The notes beneath the pieces are model-generated. The model saw only the letters and a program-made list of their open reading frames with translations. It had not been told where the DNA came from and searched no databases. Position numbers and translations under genes: made by a program. This document shows positions 26,501-40,020 of a stretch of 64,000 bases of DNA, piece after piece. The stretch is from Camelus ferus (taxonomy: Eukaryota): assembly GCF_009834535.1 (NCBI RefSeq), contig NC_045707.1:50904001-50968000 (forward strand), in the 5' to 3' direction. Position 1 is the stretch's first letter, and every line of letters starts with the position of its first letter.

Positions 26501-27600
26501 TTTGTGTTTAGCTCTTCTGTCCTTGTGACTTTATAATATTTTACTCCTCCAGGTAACCCCTTATTCAGGTGCTACCTTTCTCCAACTCATCACAATCTCT
26601 CTCAGTAGGTCAACTTTAAGTTAACATGTTGTCTGTCCCAGGGGCTATTCTAATGTTAAGCTTCTCCCAGAAGTAAATAGAGCTGTTATATGCTAATGAA
26701 ATTACAAGCTTGAGATGACATGCAATTTTGCCTCAGTTACTCCTGAAATCATAAACATACTTCCATGCATTCCACCAGGTATAAAGTAAGCCTCTGTAAA
26801 AATTATACCCTTTCCTTCCATACTGCCTTTCTATACTCTAATTTTTTGGTCTTATTGCTTTCCTGATACTTATTAAAGTGCCTTTCAACAAAATTTATAT
26901 AAATGTTTATATTAAACAAAAACAAAATACAAGAGTCATCATTATCTTGGGGGAAGGACTTTCACAAGGTATTCTAAAGTTAAGATTATTTTCTTCCACT
27001 GGTTGTTTACACAATTGCAAAGGGATAAGAGAGAGTAGTGGTGTGAGAATAAAACTTTAGAAAATATCCATCAGTCTACTTGTCATATGTATACATTCCA
27101 CACTTCATACTGCCAAATCCTGAAGACCAAATATACACTCGTCTCTCCAGAATATAACATTTCTTTTAGCTCATCTTAAAAAGACAAACCAATAAGGGTA
27201 TTGTTGGTGCCAGCAAAGTATAACAAGGTACAAGAATTCCCTGATATTAAAATAATAATAATATTAATGTCTCCATTGGGAAAAGAAGACAATTCTGTCA
27301 GCCTTACTCCTGTCATCTTCCAGCCTTGATTTTTTTTTTTTTTGTTATTTTGTAAAAAGTTTCAAACTATACATTTAATATTCTGCTACAAGAGCAAGAT
27401 GTTAATGTTTGTATATGGGGCTGAGATGAGACTGGACTACCACACAGAAAAGATCCTACACTAGAAAGTAAATTCATAGACTTCCTCCAAATACCATTTA
27501 TGTTGATAAAATACCTTACAGTAGAACTGCTGGAACTGGCACTTCACCATCATGTGTGTGAATTCAGTGGTCAGAAATTAAACCTGTAATTTTTATTCAC

Positions 27601-27619
27601 TGCCACCAGGTGGTGGTGG
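27601..27619 (+). promoter_or_regulatory. Candidate CTCF-binding motif
   Basis: tgCCACCAGGTGGTGgtgg versus consensus CCASYAGRKGGCR; one mismatch at a CpG-decay-prone position; unique AT-rich context. Confidence 0.35.
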
Positions 27620-27929
27620 TGCCCTAGTCACAGCTAATCAAGTTACCTAATACTTAAGCGTCAAGCATAGTTGAAAAAGAATAAGCTTGCTATTCCTTTT
27701 TAAAAATAAATCAAGAGGTAGAGCCTCATGATAGACTGTAATATAAAAATAATTACATTGCATTTAGAGTAAAACTTGCTGAAAGGCATCAACTATCTTT
27801 GTTTTTCAATGATCATGTATCTCACCCATAGGGTCAAAAATGAACATACCAGGTAGAAAGGTTAAAAATAAGAACTTTTTCTTAAAAAATCGTGATGAAA
27901 GCCAAGATACATGGTGTTAGTTGGTTTAA

Positions 27930-28185
27930 GGCATTATTTCTCAAGATACAGTTTAAAGACAATCTGTACTCCCTGTGGTTATTAAATATGCAGATTCCTG
28001 GGCTTCACTCCAGACCAACTTTGGGAGAAAACGTGTGTGTGTTTATGTGTGTATTATATACATATATATATATATATAAAATACATATCTAGTATATTGC
28101 AACACATTAGATATGTATTATATTTAATTAACAAGATCTCTAAGTAATTTTTATGCACACAAAATTTTGTGAACCCCTAAATTTA
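27930..28185. mobile_element. MER5-type hAT-Charlie MITE containing a (TG)/(TA) microsatellite
   Basis: ttaaatatgcagattcctgggcttcactccagacc...ttaacaagatctctaagtaatttttatgcacac. Confidence 0.65.
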
Positions 28186-28519
28186 AGGATTTCAATAAGT
28201 TTCACATGCTGTTTTAAAATTTTTTTCTGATATGTTCTCTTTTTCTTATTCATTTTTGAGTAACACCAAAAAGAGAAGACTAAAATATAGATACATGTTT
28301 ACCTTTCATAATAGTAACTTCATAAACATATATAAGCATATATCACAAATAAATATATACTATTTTTTCTGATGATTCTGCCTCAGCTCTAACTGTGCTA
28401 TCTTGATTTTCATACCACGAGAGCTATTGGCTGGTAAACAGATCAGACAGAGGTGGGATGGAAGCTGGAGGTGAGATGAAGCAACCTCTTGGACAAAGTC
28501 AGAGCAGGAGGGTGAGGCC

Positions 28520-28667
28520 TGTGGACACTCTTTAAATGTGGAAGCCTAGATTCCAGCCCTGACCTTCTAAATACAAATCTGACTGAAGTATGGCTTAAAA
28601 AATCTCTGTTTTAGGAAAACTTCACAGTTCATCCTGCTGCAGAGCCTTCATTAAAACACTATTATAG
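28520..28667. mobile_element. MER5-type fragment
   Basis: Decayed match: cctagattccagccctgacctt...aatctctgtttta...aacactattatag. Confidence 0.4.
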
Positions 28668-31030
28668 AAGGATATTGGAAGCAGAAAATTCTGATGGAAA
28701 TTTAGGCAAAAGACAGAGAATGAGGCACTAGACAGATACTCAGTATCAGACTATGGTACAAAAGAGTGTATTGGTCAAAAGGAAAGAGTTGGGATATAAT
28801 CACATAAACAATTACAAATGCTAAGGCAATTTTGCTACTGAGAAATAAGAAAGTTTCCCCTGCAAAGAGCAAGATCAGGTTGAGATTTGAGGATAGAAGT
28901 GAACCTCCAGATATGAGATAAACAGCCCTTGCTACGGGACTTGAAGGAGATTTGGGTATTAATCACAGAGTCAAAGAGACAATTTCAGTAACCCCTTCTT
29001 CTGAAATTCTTATTATAAAAAACTCACTTTTTCATGAGCCTAAAAAATCATAAATGAGTTAAATTAACAGAAGATTGGAAAAGGATAAGCAGGTTTTTAA
29101 TTATAGCCTTTATTTGTAAAATACCCTCAATTTTAACCTGCTCTGAATCAGTATGCAAAACTTCAAAAGGAGCAAAACCACCAGCAGCTCTTCCTGGTGT
29201 ACACTGCCACTAATTTACAAATTCTGGTCCCATCCATCTTCACACCTTACACTTGCCCTGTAGTTGACTCTAAATGGACGAATGATCAACAAATGTCTAC
29301 TAGCTCAATATTTAGACAAGCACACCAAAAATAACTACCTTTAAGTTCACCAGTGTTTATAGTAAGTAAAGCAGCAAAGTATATAAAATAGGGCACTATA
29401 AGTTGCGTTAGTTTGTTTTTCCGCTAAAAAACACTTTACATCGACTGCAAAATGAACTCTGTTTGCTTTCCTCTTGTATCTAGCGTGGATACCAGCTGGA
29501 GTTTGTTGACTGTTTCTCAGCCAAATCCGATAGAATCATTGTCCTTTGGATTTTATCTGCTCCTCAAAAAGAAGCCTAATGTTGCATGGGAATTGGGTGT
29601 TATTATGACATGTGTCCATGCCTCGACAGTACATGTCCCCTCCTTCGTGGCAAAGAACATTTCCAATTTTTTTTTGGTATAAACCCAATAAGGAGGTGAT
29701 TAAAAGTCGGTGTCACACCTAGCATTCCATTTCCATATTTACTGCATAGCACTTCAGAGCGGTAAGGGTTTCACAGACAAAACACACCGAGCATAGTCAC
29801 ACAAAGGCACTGTCAGTACACTGGAGATGCGCTGGGAATCCTTTAGTTAGGAAGGAGCAGCAGAGTAGTGAAAGCGGGGCCATTTTCTGAATGCATCATC
29901 TTTTTTATTCATTCATCTACATGCACATGGAGCACTTGTTCATAAATATTATTTACTCTTATTGTCTATCCAAACAGTTAAAGAGTAAGAGCAGAATGGC
30001 AAGGATGAACGCCCTTAACTTATGCTTTCAGTTAGTATTTTTTGAAAGAAAAAGAAAAGGACATATGAGCCCAATTATTCTTTATCAACTAAACGACAGT
30101 ATTAAAACTCAGAAAAGAACTATTGAGCGTTTGTACTATACAAAGCCATGTCCTTGGCTATATGAGAGGTAGCTAAAGAAGAAAGGCAAGCCTGAAAGGA
30201 AAGGTTAGAATTTAATTACATGTTTTCTTGTCCTCCATGTGTTTTACATGTCATGTTATGTCATATGCATGTCCTGTTGCCTCAGAAAGTTTAGAAATTC
30301 ATCTGTAGAGTAAGCCTGGAATGAATTACCAAATGTTTGCTTACAAAGAGAAGAAATTGTTATAATGAGCACTGCAGTGGCTTTTGAAAGCACATCCCAA
30401 ACGAATGGTGCAAACAAAATATTTCACTTTCACTTACTTGAATTTAAAAATAGTACAATTAATAAGGTATATGTTTTAAGCACACTAACTATATGAAATG
30501 TGCAATGAAATGCTAATAACCTTCTCTCATCTCCAGTTCTCACTTCATGAGTTTAGGGTGTACCCATTAGTGTGGGAAACTGCATATCACTGTAGTTTTA
30601 ATTTGCATTTCCCTGACCACTAAGAAGAATGATTTTTTTTAATGTTTATTGGTCATTCAAAATATGTTGACAAACTCTCAATTCAAAGTTACCGTATTCT
30701 GATTCTCCATTAAAAGTAAAAGCGAGAGATCCTAAAGTAATTGTATCGATAATTTTTAAGGGCTCAAAGAACCAACTTCAAGAATATTGAGTTAAGATCC
30801 AAATTTAGTTATATAGACAGTTCTACTACTTAAGATTACAGTTTGCTATAGAACTAGAATTTTTAGCATTTAAAAATAAAGTATAGGTGGTAAATTATCT
30901 ACATGTGCTTTGTAACTGTTATTATCAGATGTCACAGTATCTAAAGTCTTAGATATATCATTGAAGGTCACTTGCTATATTATCAAAAATTAAATAAATT
31001 AATGCAAATTAAAAAATAAAATTCAAGAAA

Positions 31031-31229
31031 ACTGTTTCTTAAAGTGTGATCCAAGAATCACCTGCATCAAATCAACTGGGGTGTTTCTTAAAGAGGTTGA
31101 TTTCTGTTTCTCATCCCAAACTCATCAGTAATCATTTTCTGGGAGACACCCTGGAATGTGCGTTTGAATGTGCATTTTAACAATCTCTCTACATTATTTT
31201 TATTCAACTAAAGTTTTAAAAATCATTTG
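31031..31229. mobile_element. MER5A/B-type hAT-Charlie MITE
   Basis: tttcttaaagtgtgatccaagaatcacctgcatcaaatcaactgggg...gaatgtgcattttaacaa...ctaaagttttaaaaatca. Confidence 0.7.
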
Positions 31230-32514
31230 ATTTGTGGTATTAAAACAATGTGATAGTTGAAATCTAACCAATTTTGCATAATTGAGACAAAAAGTATTCT
31301 AACATGACAGTTAATCTTGGAAATAAATTCCAAGATACTTCAAGAATAAGTGAAACTACTTTTTGCCACAAACACCAGTTTACTTCAATAAGTATTAAAG
31401 TATGTGTAGGCACTGATGGCTTTTCTTAGAGGATCAACCAAATAAATATTAAAGTGTTTTTAAAAAAATAGACTTAATAATATTATAAAATAATTACGCA
31501 AAATATTTTCTCAATTTTCTAATTGTAAATAACTATCAAAATATGTTATTAACTAGGAAAGCATAGTGAAAATTAAAGAGCATAGTCTTAACAAAGGACC
31601 AAGACTTAGATTTGTGTTCTGTTTGACTATGTGAGGTACTGATCTTAACTTCAGTTCTCAGACCTCAGTTAAATAATCTGTGAAGTGAGAATTAATTTTC
31701 TTAATAATTGGATAACAGTCAGTGAAAAGCAATTTGTTCACTGTCAAGTGTTGATAACTATTATTATTTTAACAATTTAGTAAAACTCTTTAATAGGACT
31801 TTTACAAGAAAGTTCTTACCAAGACGGTGGAATAGGAGGTTCTGGACCTTATCTCCCCACAGAAACACCAATTTGGCAACCACTCATAGAAAAGAATATC
31901 TTAATGGGAGCCCCAGAGTCCAGCTGAGAGAGCACAGCTCAGTGCCAGGAGAGGCTCCCCTTGGCCCACAGTTTCTCCCAAGAGGAAGGTGAGAGCAAAG
32001 TCAGCACCAGGCTTCCCCAGGCTTGTGGGGTGCTACCCAGGAGGCTCACCTCTGTCCCATTCCACATCCAACATGGAGGGGTTGGGCTTAGCTGAATTAT
32101 CTGGGGAACCTCCACAGATGGCTCTGCAAGCCCCTGCAAACAGCACATGGATCTCAGTATCAGCTGCAGATTTTACAGCCAACTTGACTGCAGGATAGGG
32201 AAAAGGTGTACAGCCTTGAACACTTCAGGGCATGGCCCTAGGGAAAATAAAGGGAGGCTCTCAGCACCTGGTCTGAATTTGGAGGATGGAAAGAAGGCGT
32301 AGAATTCTAAAGCATCCTCCTTCCTCAAGAGGGAACAAAAGAAGTGAGCACATTCATATAGAAGTCTGAGAGATCTCCAGAATCTCTAGCTGGGCTAACT
32401 AGTGAAGGGCTTTCTCTGCCAGAGCCAGTTAATAAAGACTGGAGGAGGTGATCGCTTTTTCAAATGTGAAAATAGCAATGCAAGGCTTCAGGGAACACAG
32501 AGGATAGAACAATG

Positions 32515-32736
32515 TTTTTTTTTTAATTTTTACTTTCAATCCCAAACAATCTCTTCCCTTTTCATAACAAAATTCATAAACAAATATGGACAGGAGAGGA
32601 AAACTGACACTGGAAAAATACATGCCATCAACAGGCATCTCAATAATATCACCACCAACACCCATGCGCAAGGCATTAACATCAGGTAGACAATTCTTGT
32701 AATCAGAACTACATGAATAAATATGCTTTTTATCTC
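32515..32736 (-). other. Non-L1, A-tailed antisense insert replacing L1 ORF1 (captured cDNA/retrocopy fragment of unknown source)
   Basis: T10 run at 32515-32524, then ~210 bp unlike L1; L1 inter-ORF sequence resumes at ~32737 (aaagataaag...aaaatcatcaagtcacaaaggaaga). Confidence 0.6.
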
Positions 32737-32829
32737 ATATAAAAAGATAAAGAAGTTAATCAAAGTGTTATCACAAAAAATCATCAAGTCACAAAGGAAG
32801 ATAGCAAGAGAGGAAGAAACAATTAATAA

Positions 32830-35800
32830 ATGGCAATATTAAGTCCTTAACTATCATTAACTACTTTAAATGCAAATAAATTAAATTCATTAATTAAAAA
32901 AACAGAGTAGCTAAATGTTTTTCCATACATTTAGCTACATACTGCCTAGAAGAGACTCACTTTAGCTTTTAGGACATACATAGGCTGAAGGTAAAGGGAT
33001 GGAAAAAGATAGTCCATGTAAACAGAAATCAAGAGGGCAGAAATGGCTATACTGGTATTAGACAAAATAGTCTAAGTCAAAAAGTATCACCAGAGACAAA
33101 GAAGAGGTCATTTATATATCATTTATATAATGATAAAGGGGTCAATTTCTCAAGGAGCTATAACAATTATAAATAATATGAATTCAATAACCATGCATCT
33201 AAATATATAATGCAAATATTAACCAAACTGCAGGGGACTTCAATCCCCCACTTCTAACACTGGATAGGTCACCCAGATGAAAAATAAATACGGAAACAAT
33301 AGATCTGAACAACATTATAGATCAAACAGACCTAAATTTGTAGACAGAACTCTGCACCCAACAGCAGCAAAATACACATTCTTCTCAAGCACATCTGAAA
33401 CATTCTCCAAGATAAATCATATGCTAGAAAAAAAACTAATTCTAACAAACAAAATTAAGAAGATTGCAATCATATCAAATATGTTTTTGACCACAGTATT
33501 ATGAAATTAGAAATCAATAATAGGAGAAACATTTAAAAATTCATAAATATGTGGAAATTAAACAACATACTCCTGAAAAACCAATGGGTCAAAGAAGAAA
33601 TCAAAAGGAGAATTTAAAAAATATCTGGAGACAAACAAGAAAGAAACATAATATACAGAAAAATTATAAGATAGGCAAAAGCAGTTCTAAAAGGGAAGTT
33701 TATAGCAATAAATACCTATAATAAGAAGACAGGAAAATCTCAAATAAACAACCTAACTTTACACCTCAAGGAACTACTAGAGATAGAAGAACTACCTAAG
33801 CCCAAAGTTGGCCAAAGGAAGAAAAAAATAAAGATTAGAGCAGAAATAAGTGAAATACAGACCATAATAATAATAGAAGAGATCAAAGAAAATTGACAAA
33901 ACTTTAGAGGGACTAACTAAAATAAAGAGAGGAGACTAAAATAAAACTACAAATGAAAGAGGAAACAATAAAACTGATACTACAGAAATACAAAAGATGA
34001 GACTCTACTGTGAATGATTATTTGACAAAAAACTTGAACAACCCAGAAGAAGGGGATAAATTCTTAGGAAGATACAACCTACCAAGACTGAATCATGAAA
34101 AAATGGAAAATTTGAACAGACCAATAACAAATAAGAATGAATCAGTAATCAAAAACCTCTCAACAAAGAAAATCTCAGGAGCAAATGGCTTCACAAGCGA
34201 ATTCTACCAAACTCCTAAAGAAAAATGAATACCAATTCATTTCAAACTCTTCAAAAAATCTGAAGAGAAAGGAACACTTTCATACTCATTTTACAAGACC
34301 CTGATACCAAAGCCAAACAAGGATACTACAAAGAAATAAAATTACGGGCCATAATACCTGATGAACATAGATTCAAAAATTGTCAACTAAATACTAGGAA
34401 ATAGAATTCAACAGCATATCACAAAAACCGTACACCATGGTTAAGTGGGATTTTATCTTAGGGATTGGTTCAACATACACAAATATTGTGATTCACCACA
34501 TTAACAAAATAAAGAATAAAAATCATGTAATCATCTCAATATATGTAGTAAAAGTGTTCGACAAAATTGAACACCTGCTCATGACAAAAACTATCAATAA
34601 GGTAGGTATAGAGGAAACATACCTTAACATAACAAAGGTATGTTTGTCATATATGACAAGCTCACAGGTAACATCATATTCAATGGTGAAAAGCTGAAAG
34701 GTTTTTCTCTGAAATCAAGAATAAGACAAGGATATCAACTTTTACCACTTCTATTCAATCTAGTACTAGCCAGAGCAATTAGGCAAGAAAAAGAAATGGA
34801 AAGTGTCCAAATTGGAGAGGAAGGACTAAAACTGTCTCTGTTTACAGATGACTTGATATTCCATAGAGAAAATCCCAAAGATGTCACCAAAAACCTGCTA
34901 GAACTAGTAAATGAATTCAGTAAAGTTGCAGCATACAAAATCAATATATAAAAATCAGTTGCATTTCTACACACTAGCAATGAACTATCAGGAAGAGAAA
35001 TTAAGAAAACAATCTTATTTACAACTGCATCAAAAAGAATAAAATACTTAGGAATAAATTTAACCAAGGAGGTGAAAGATCTGTACAGTGGAGACTATGA
35101 GACACTGATGAAGATACAAATAAATGGAAAAATATCCCATGTTCAGGGACTGAAAGAATATTGTTGAAACGTCCGTACTACCCAAAGTGATCTACAGTTT
35201 CAATGCAATCTCTATCAAAATTCCAATGGCATTTTTCATAGAATGAGAAATAATCCTAACCAAACACATCAAAACCACAGAAGATATCAAACTATCAAAG
35301 CAATCCTGGAGGCATCATGCTTTCTGACTTCAAACTGAGTTACAAAGTTATAATAATCAAAACAGTATTGTACTGAGATAAAAACAGACTCACAGATCAG
35401 TGGAACAGAATCAAGATCCCAGAACTAAGCCCACACATACACAGTCAACTAATATTTGACCAGGGAGCCAAGAATATTCAATGGGTAAACAACAGTCTCT
35501 TTTATAAGTGGTATTGGGAGAAATGGACAATCACATGCAAGAGAATGAAACTGGACCCTTCTCTTGCACCACTCACAAAAATGAGCCCAAAGTAGATTAA
35601 AGACTTAAATATAAGACTTGACACCATAAAACTCCTAGAAGAAAACTTAAGGAAGAAGCTCCTTGGCATTGGTTTGACAATGATTTTTTGAATATGATAC
35701 CAAAGCATAAGCAACAAAAGCAAAAATCAACAAGTTGGACTAGGTCAAACTAGAAAGTTTCTGCAAAAAGAAACCGTAAAAAAAAAAATGAAAGGTCAAC

Positions 35801-36470
35801 TTATTGAATGAGACAAGATATTTGTAAACCATATATCTGATAAGGGATTAATATCCAAAATGTAAGAAACTCATACAACTCAATAGCAAAAAACCCAAAT
35901 AATCCTGTTAAGAAATGGGCAAGAGACCCAAATAGACATTTTCCCAAAGAAGACACACAAATGGTCAACAGCTACATGAAAAGATGCCCAACATTACTAA
36001 TCATTAGGGAAATGCAAACCCAAACCGCAATGAGATACCATATCACACCTGTTAGTACAGCTATTATCAAAAACACAGGAGATAACAAGAGTTGGCAAGA
36101 GTGTGGAGAAAAGGGAAAACTCGTGTGCTGTTGGTGGGATAAATTAGTGCAGCCACTCTGGGAAAGTTTGGAGGCTTCCTAAACTTTGTAAAAATAGAAC
36201 TAACATATAACACAGAATCCTATTTCAGGGTATAGACGCAAACGAAATGCAGTCACTATCTCTAAGTGATTTGTGTAGTCCCATGTTTATTTCAGCTTTA
36301 TTCACAACAGCTAAGACACAGAAACAACCTAAGTGTCCATTGGTGGATAAATGGAAAAAGAATATGTGGTATACACATAAAATGGGATATTATTCAGGCA
36401 TGAGAAAGAAGGAAATACTGACATTGGTGACAATATGGATGAACCTTGAGGGCATTAAGTGAAATAAGTC
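32830..36470 (+). pseudogene. Degenerate L1 ORF2 (endonuclease/reverse transcriptase)
   Basis: Broken ORFs: [56 protein letters not shown] (RT FADD-equivalent); many stops and frameshifts. Confidence 0.9.
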
Positions 36471-37099
36471 AGAAAGAAAGACAAATACTGTATAATCTCA
36501 CTTATATGAGGAACCTAAGAAAGCTAAACTGATAGGAACAGAGAGTAGAATGGTGGCTGCCAGATTTTGGGCAGGGGAAAGGAGGAGATGTTGGTCAAAG
36601 GGTACAAACTTCCAGTTGTAAGATAAGTAAGTTCTAGGAATCTAATACAGCAAGGTGATTATAATTAACAATACTGTTTTGCATACTTGAATGTTGCTAT
36701 GAGAATAGGTCTTAAATGTTCTCACCACATACACAAAAAGGTGATGGACGTGTTAACTTTCACATCTGGTAATCATTTCACAAAATATATGTGAAATAAA
36801 TCATGTTGTACACTATAAATTTAAACAACGTCATATGTCATATATATATCTCAATAAAGCTAGGAAAAAGACATAGATTTACCCCCTAAAATTCAATACC
36901 TTAAAGTTCATGAATTATACATAAATATTTGAAGCAAAATTTTCATATATACATAAGTAATTTGCTTTTGTGAGTTCTTAAAATCTAGGACAGAAAGTAG
37001 AAACTGGGGAGCCCACTTGCATTTATGCTAAGAGAGTAGGTTGATGTATGTTATTGTTGATAAAAACTGCTTCATTTCTACTTTCAAAATCACTAAAAC

Positions 37100-37870
37100 A
37101 TCTCAGTTTCTGACCACAACCTCCAATCTTTTGGGCTTACTGGTCCAATTCTCCACCATGACTTCAATGGCACAAAGCTATGGGTCTTCCATATTTTCTT
37201 CCTATCTATGAACGCCTTCCAGAATTCACTCATCCCATCAAGTTTAGATACCATAGTTTATCATCTCAATGATTGTATTTCCGATCCTTATATCTTTTTT
37301 GTTCCTCTGTTTCTTTTTACTACATCTATTGGCAAACTTTATTTTTATTTCTGCATGAAATGATATATCCACCTTATCTGTGCTTGAAGGCAGGCAACTG
37401 GGTGCTGCTGAAGCAAATCATACAAAGGATGAATTGTTATTTTTATAAAGTAATGGTCATGTGCCTCAACTGTATGTTGAATACTGTCAAGCAATTCTAC
37501 TGCAGGATTTCACTGAAGTCCCAGTCCCCCACCACATACACATTCGCTTTTCATACCTTCTTTACTCTCCTCAGTCCATAACAACTCCACCCTCATCCCT
37601 TCATTCTCAGCAAACATTCTCACCTCCTACTGCAGAGAAAAATGTCAACGGACTGAAATTACCTTAACTTTCAATTGGCAAACGCCCAAATCTATTAGCA
37701 ATTGTACTCCTATACCCTCCTGTTGCAGTTGTTAGGTACCTCTATCCTCCCTTTTAGAGACGAACTGCCTTTTTAAATTCTAGATTCTACACTCTGCCCT
37801 CCTTTCAGAAGACTTGCCCCTTTAAGTACTCTTTCTCACTTACATTTCTTCAATCTCTCCTGCCCTGCCA
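37100..37870 (+). mobile_element. Decayed LINE-2 internal fragment
   Basis: C/T-rich L2-like blocks (tctgaccacaacctcc; cattctcagcaaacattctcacctcctactgcagagaaaa). Confidence 0.4.
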
Positions 37871-38267
37871 GATAGAAGCAATACAAATTTAAAGAGGTTT
37901 CAATATAACTATTAACATCGGAGAGCTCATAAACACCAAGATTCTCAGTAGCATTAAGACCAAATTTTCTTTATTGCTTCTCTGTGTACATTAATTAAAA
38001 AGTTGAATTGCTCTGATAACTGTCTTTTTTTCATAACAAAAATACCTGAAGAAATATTTGAATACAACTCAGGATAATGGAAATCAGAAGCAATGACCTT
38101 AGTGTAGGTCACATAGCAATGAGGTGACATTTGAATCTTAAAATTGAGATCTCATGGGATAACTGACAGAAAAATTTTTACTTGTGGGAAAATACATAAA
38201 TATGCACATACACAGAAGTGTCTACTTTTACTGAATGTGTGCTCCTTTCCAGAAGATTCGTATAAAA

Positions 38268-38490
38268 TGGTAATAAAGAGCCCAAGTTTTGGTGTCACGA
38301 AGATCTAGATTTGAAATCCCATGTTCCATTTACTAATGGTAATACCTTAGACAATTTTCATTTTAATTTCCCCAAGAATCATCTACCTTGTGCAAATGAA
38401 GAACAGTAAGTTGTGTAAATGGAGTTGCTGAGAGACTTAAGAGTGTATGTAAATCACTTGATATGGTCCCTGGCACAGAGTTCATAATAA
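38268..38490 (+). mobile_element. MIR SINE
   Basis: gatctagatttgaaatccc...ccatttacta...ccttagacaa...gtatgtaaatcacttg...cctggcacagag. Confidence 0.6.
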
Positions 38491-38589
38491 TGGGCTTTAT
38501 CAGCACCAGCAGCAAAAGCAGCTGATGTTATCTCTGAATCTGCTTTAGTTTTGATCTTATTACATTTCTCAAGCATCTTCCTACCCCAA

Positions 38590-38720
38590 CTCTGTATCAG
38601 AGATTACCATCCCCATTTTAGATGAGGAAACTGAGGCTTAAGGTAATCCAGCTAATAATTAGAAAACAGGGGAGTTGGACCCATGTGTGTCTGGCTACAG
38701 AGCCCTTGCTCTGGCCATAG
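38590..38720 (-). mobile_element. MIR fragment
   Basis: atccccattttagatgaggaaactgaggctta. Confidence 0.7.
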
Positions 38721-40020
38721 TACTGTGCATGTACAGTGTAATTTGTCCTCATAGAGGGAGCTGACTTATTTACAGAACAACTTGCACCTGTACTCACACA
38801 AATTCCCAGATCTACTGACTCATTTGGACAAAAGAAGAATTTTATGTGCCAATGGAATAGAGAATTTGGGCCAAGGAGCTGTATGTGTCAAGATACATGT
38901 ACCAGTACCTCAATAAGAAGTAAGCTATTGATACACATATACATATATGAATATATGTATACACATATCTGTGGCATTAAGTCCATATTAAAGTATATTT
39001 CTTAGAGTTAATAATGTACAATTCAAACCCAACAATTGCCAGGTAAAATTATAAAAGTAGAGGGAAAGACTTATTACTTTGAATTCATTGCTTTCTGGTA
39101 ATCTTTTTTGAAGTTCTCATTTTTAATAGTTTTTAGTCTGTGCAATCTTAGATTTTCCCAGAGAATTCATCTGTAGTATAAGGATATTCTGCTTTGTTGA
39201 AAAAATAAAAGAACATTATATAATTGTGGTATCGTTTACATAACTGGAGTTGCTGGAGCTTGCTTCCAACACAGGGCAAAGCCTCAGGAAAGTCTTTTGA
39301 AATGTAGAGCAGACAGAATTATCAATAAAGAAACAAAGCTGTGCCTACAATATCTTCCTGCCAGGGGAGAGTCTGGATGATTACACTTCTGAGCTATACA
39401 GATTTAGATCTACAGTATTTAATGCCACTTAAAATTGTAACCACAAGTTACTGCATGTATAACTTTGTTGTCACCAGTCCAAAAGCAGTTAATTTTTTCC
39501 AAGGTAATATATATATATGTTTTCATCTATACATTCATCCTGGACAAGCTGGAATAGTAGTGGATAAATAAGAAATAAAAATTACTTATGTTCATTTCTC
39601 GGCAGTCTGTTTAAACATGTGAGTTTCTGCAGTACACTGGTTTAATAAAAATTTCAATGTGTGATTTTTTTTCTGTGGTAAAGCAAACTCTTTCAAACAA
39701 TACAGAGAATGGAAGCACAAGTGGACAAAACAAAGTCTTTTGCTAAGCAAAGCCAGCTCTACTCTTGCACTACAACTGGTAAACATACAGCAAGGAAGAG
39801 TATCTTTCATCTCACCTGAAGGTATTCTTAATTACATGTTAAAGTTCTCTGCATATTTCATCACTTTGGTACTTGCCCAGAGACCTATAAATTCATTGGG
39901 AAGTAACATTTTGCCAATCAAATACAGAAAACCAAGACATGTTACATCAAATCAAAAATCTGTCTTGCAGCAATCTGTTTTGGAAAGGTAAGGTTCTAAG
40001 CTTTCATTGTTCCCCCTCAC

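Larger units (their letters stand above)
31810..36870 (+). mobile_element. ~5 kb LINE-1 (L1MA8/9-like): 5' UTR, ORF1 largely missing, decayed ORF2, 3' UTR
   Basis: 5' start ccaagacggtggaataggagg; endonuclease peptides (LHPTAAKYTFFSS); RT peptides; 3' end ctcaataaagctaggaaaaa. Confidence 0.92.

Noticed and set aside
38938..38961. AT-rich palindrome tatacatatat-ga-atatatgtata
   Set aside because: Explained by low-complexity (TA/CA) microsatellite sequence
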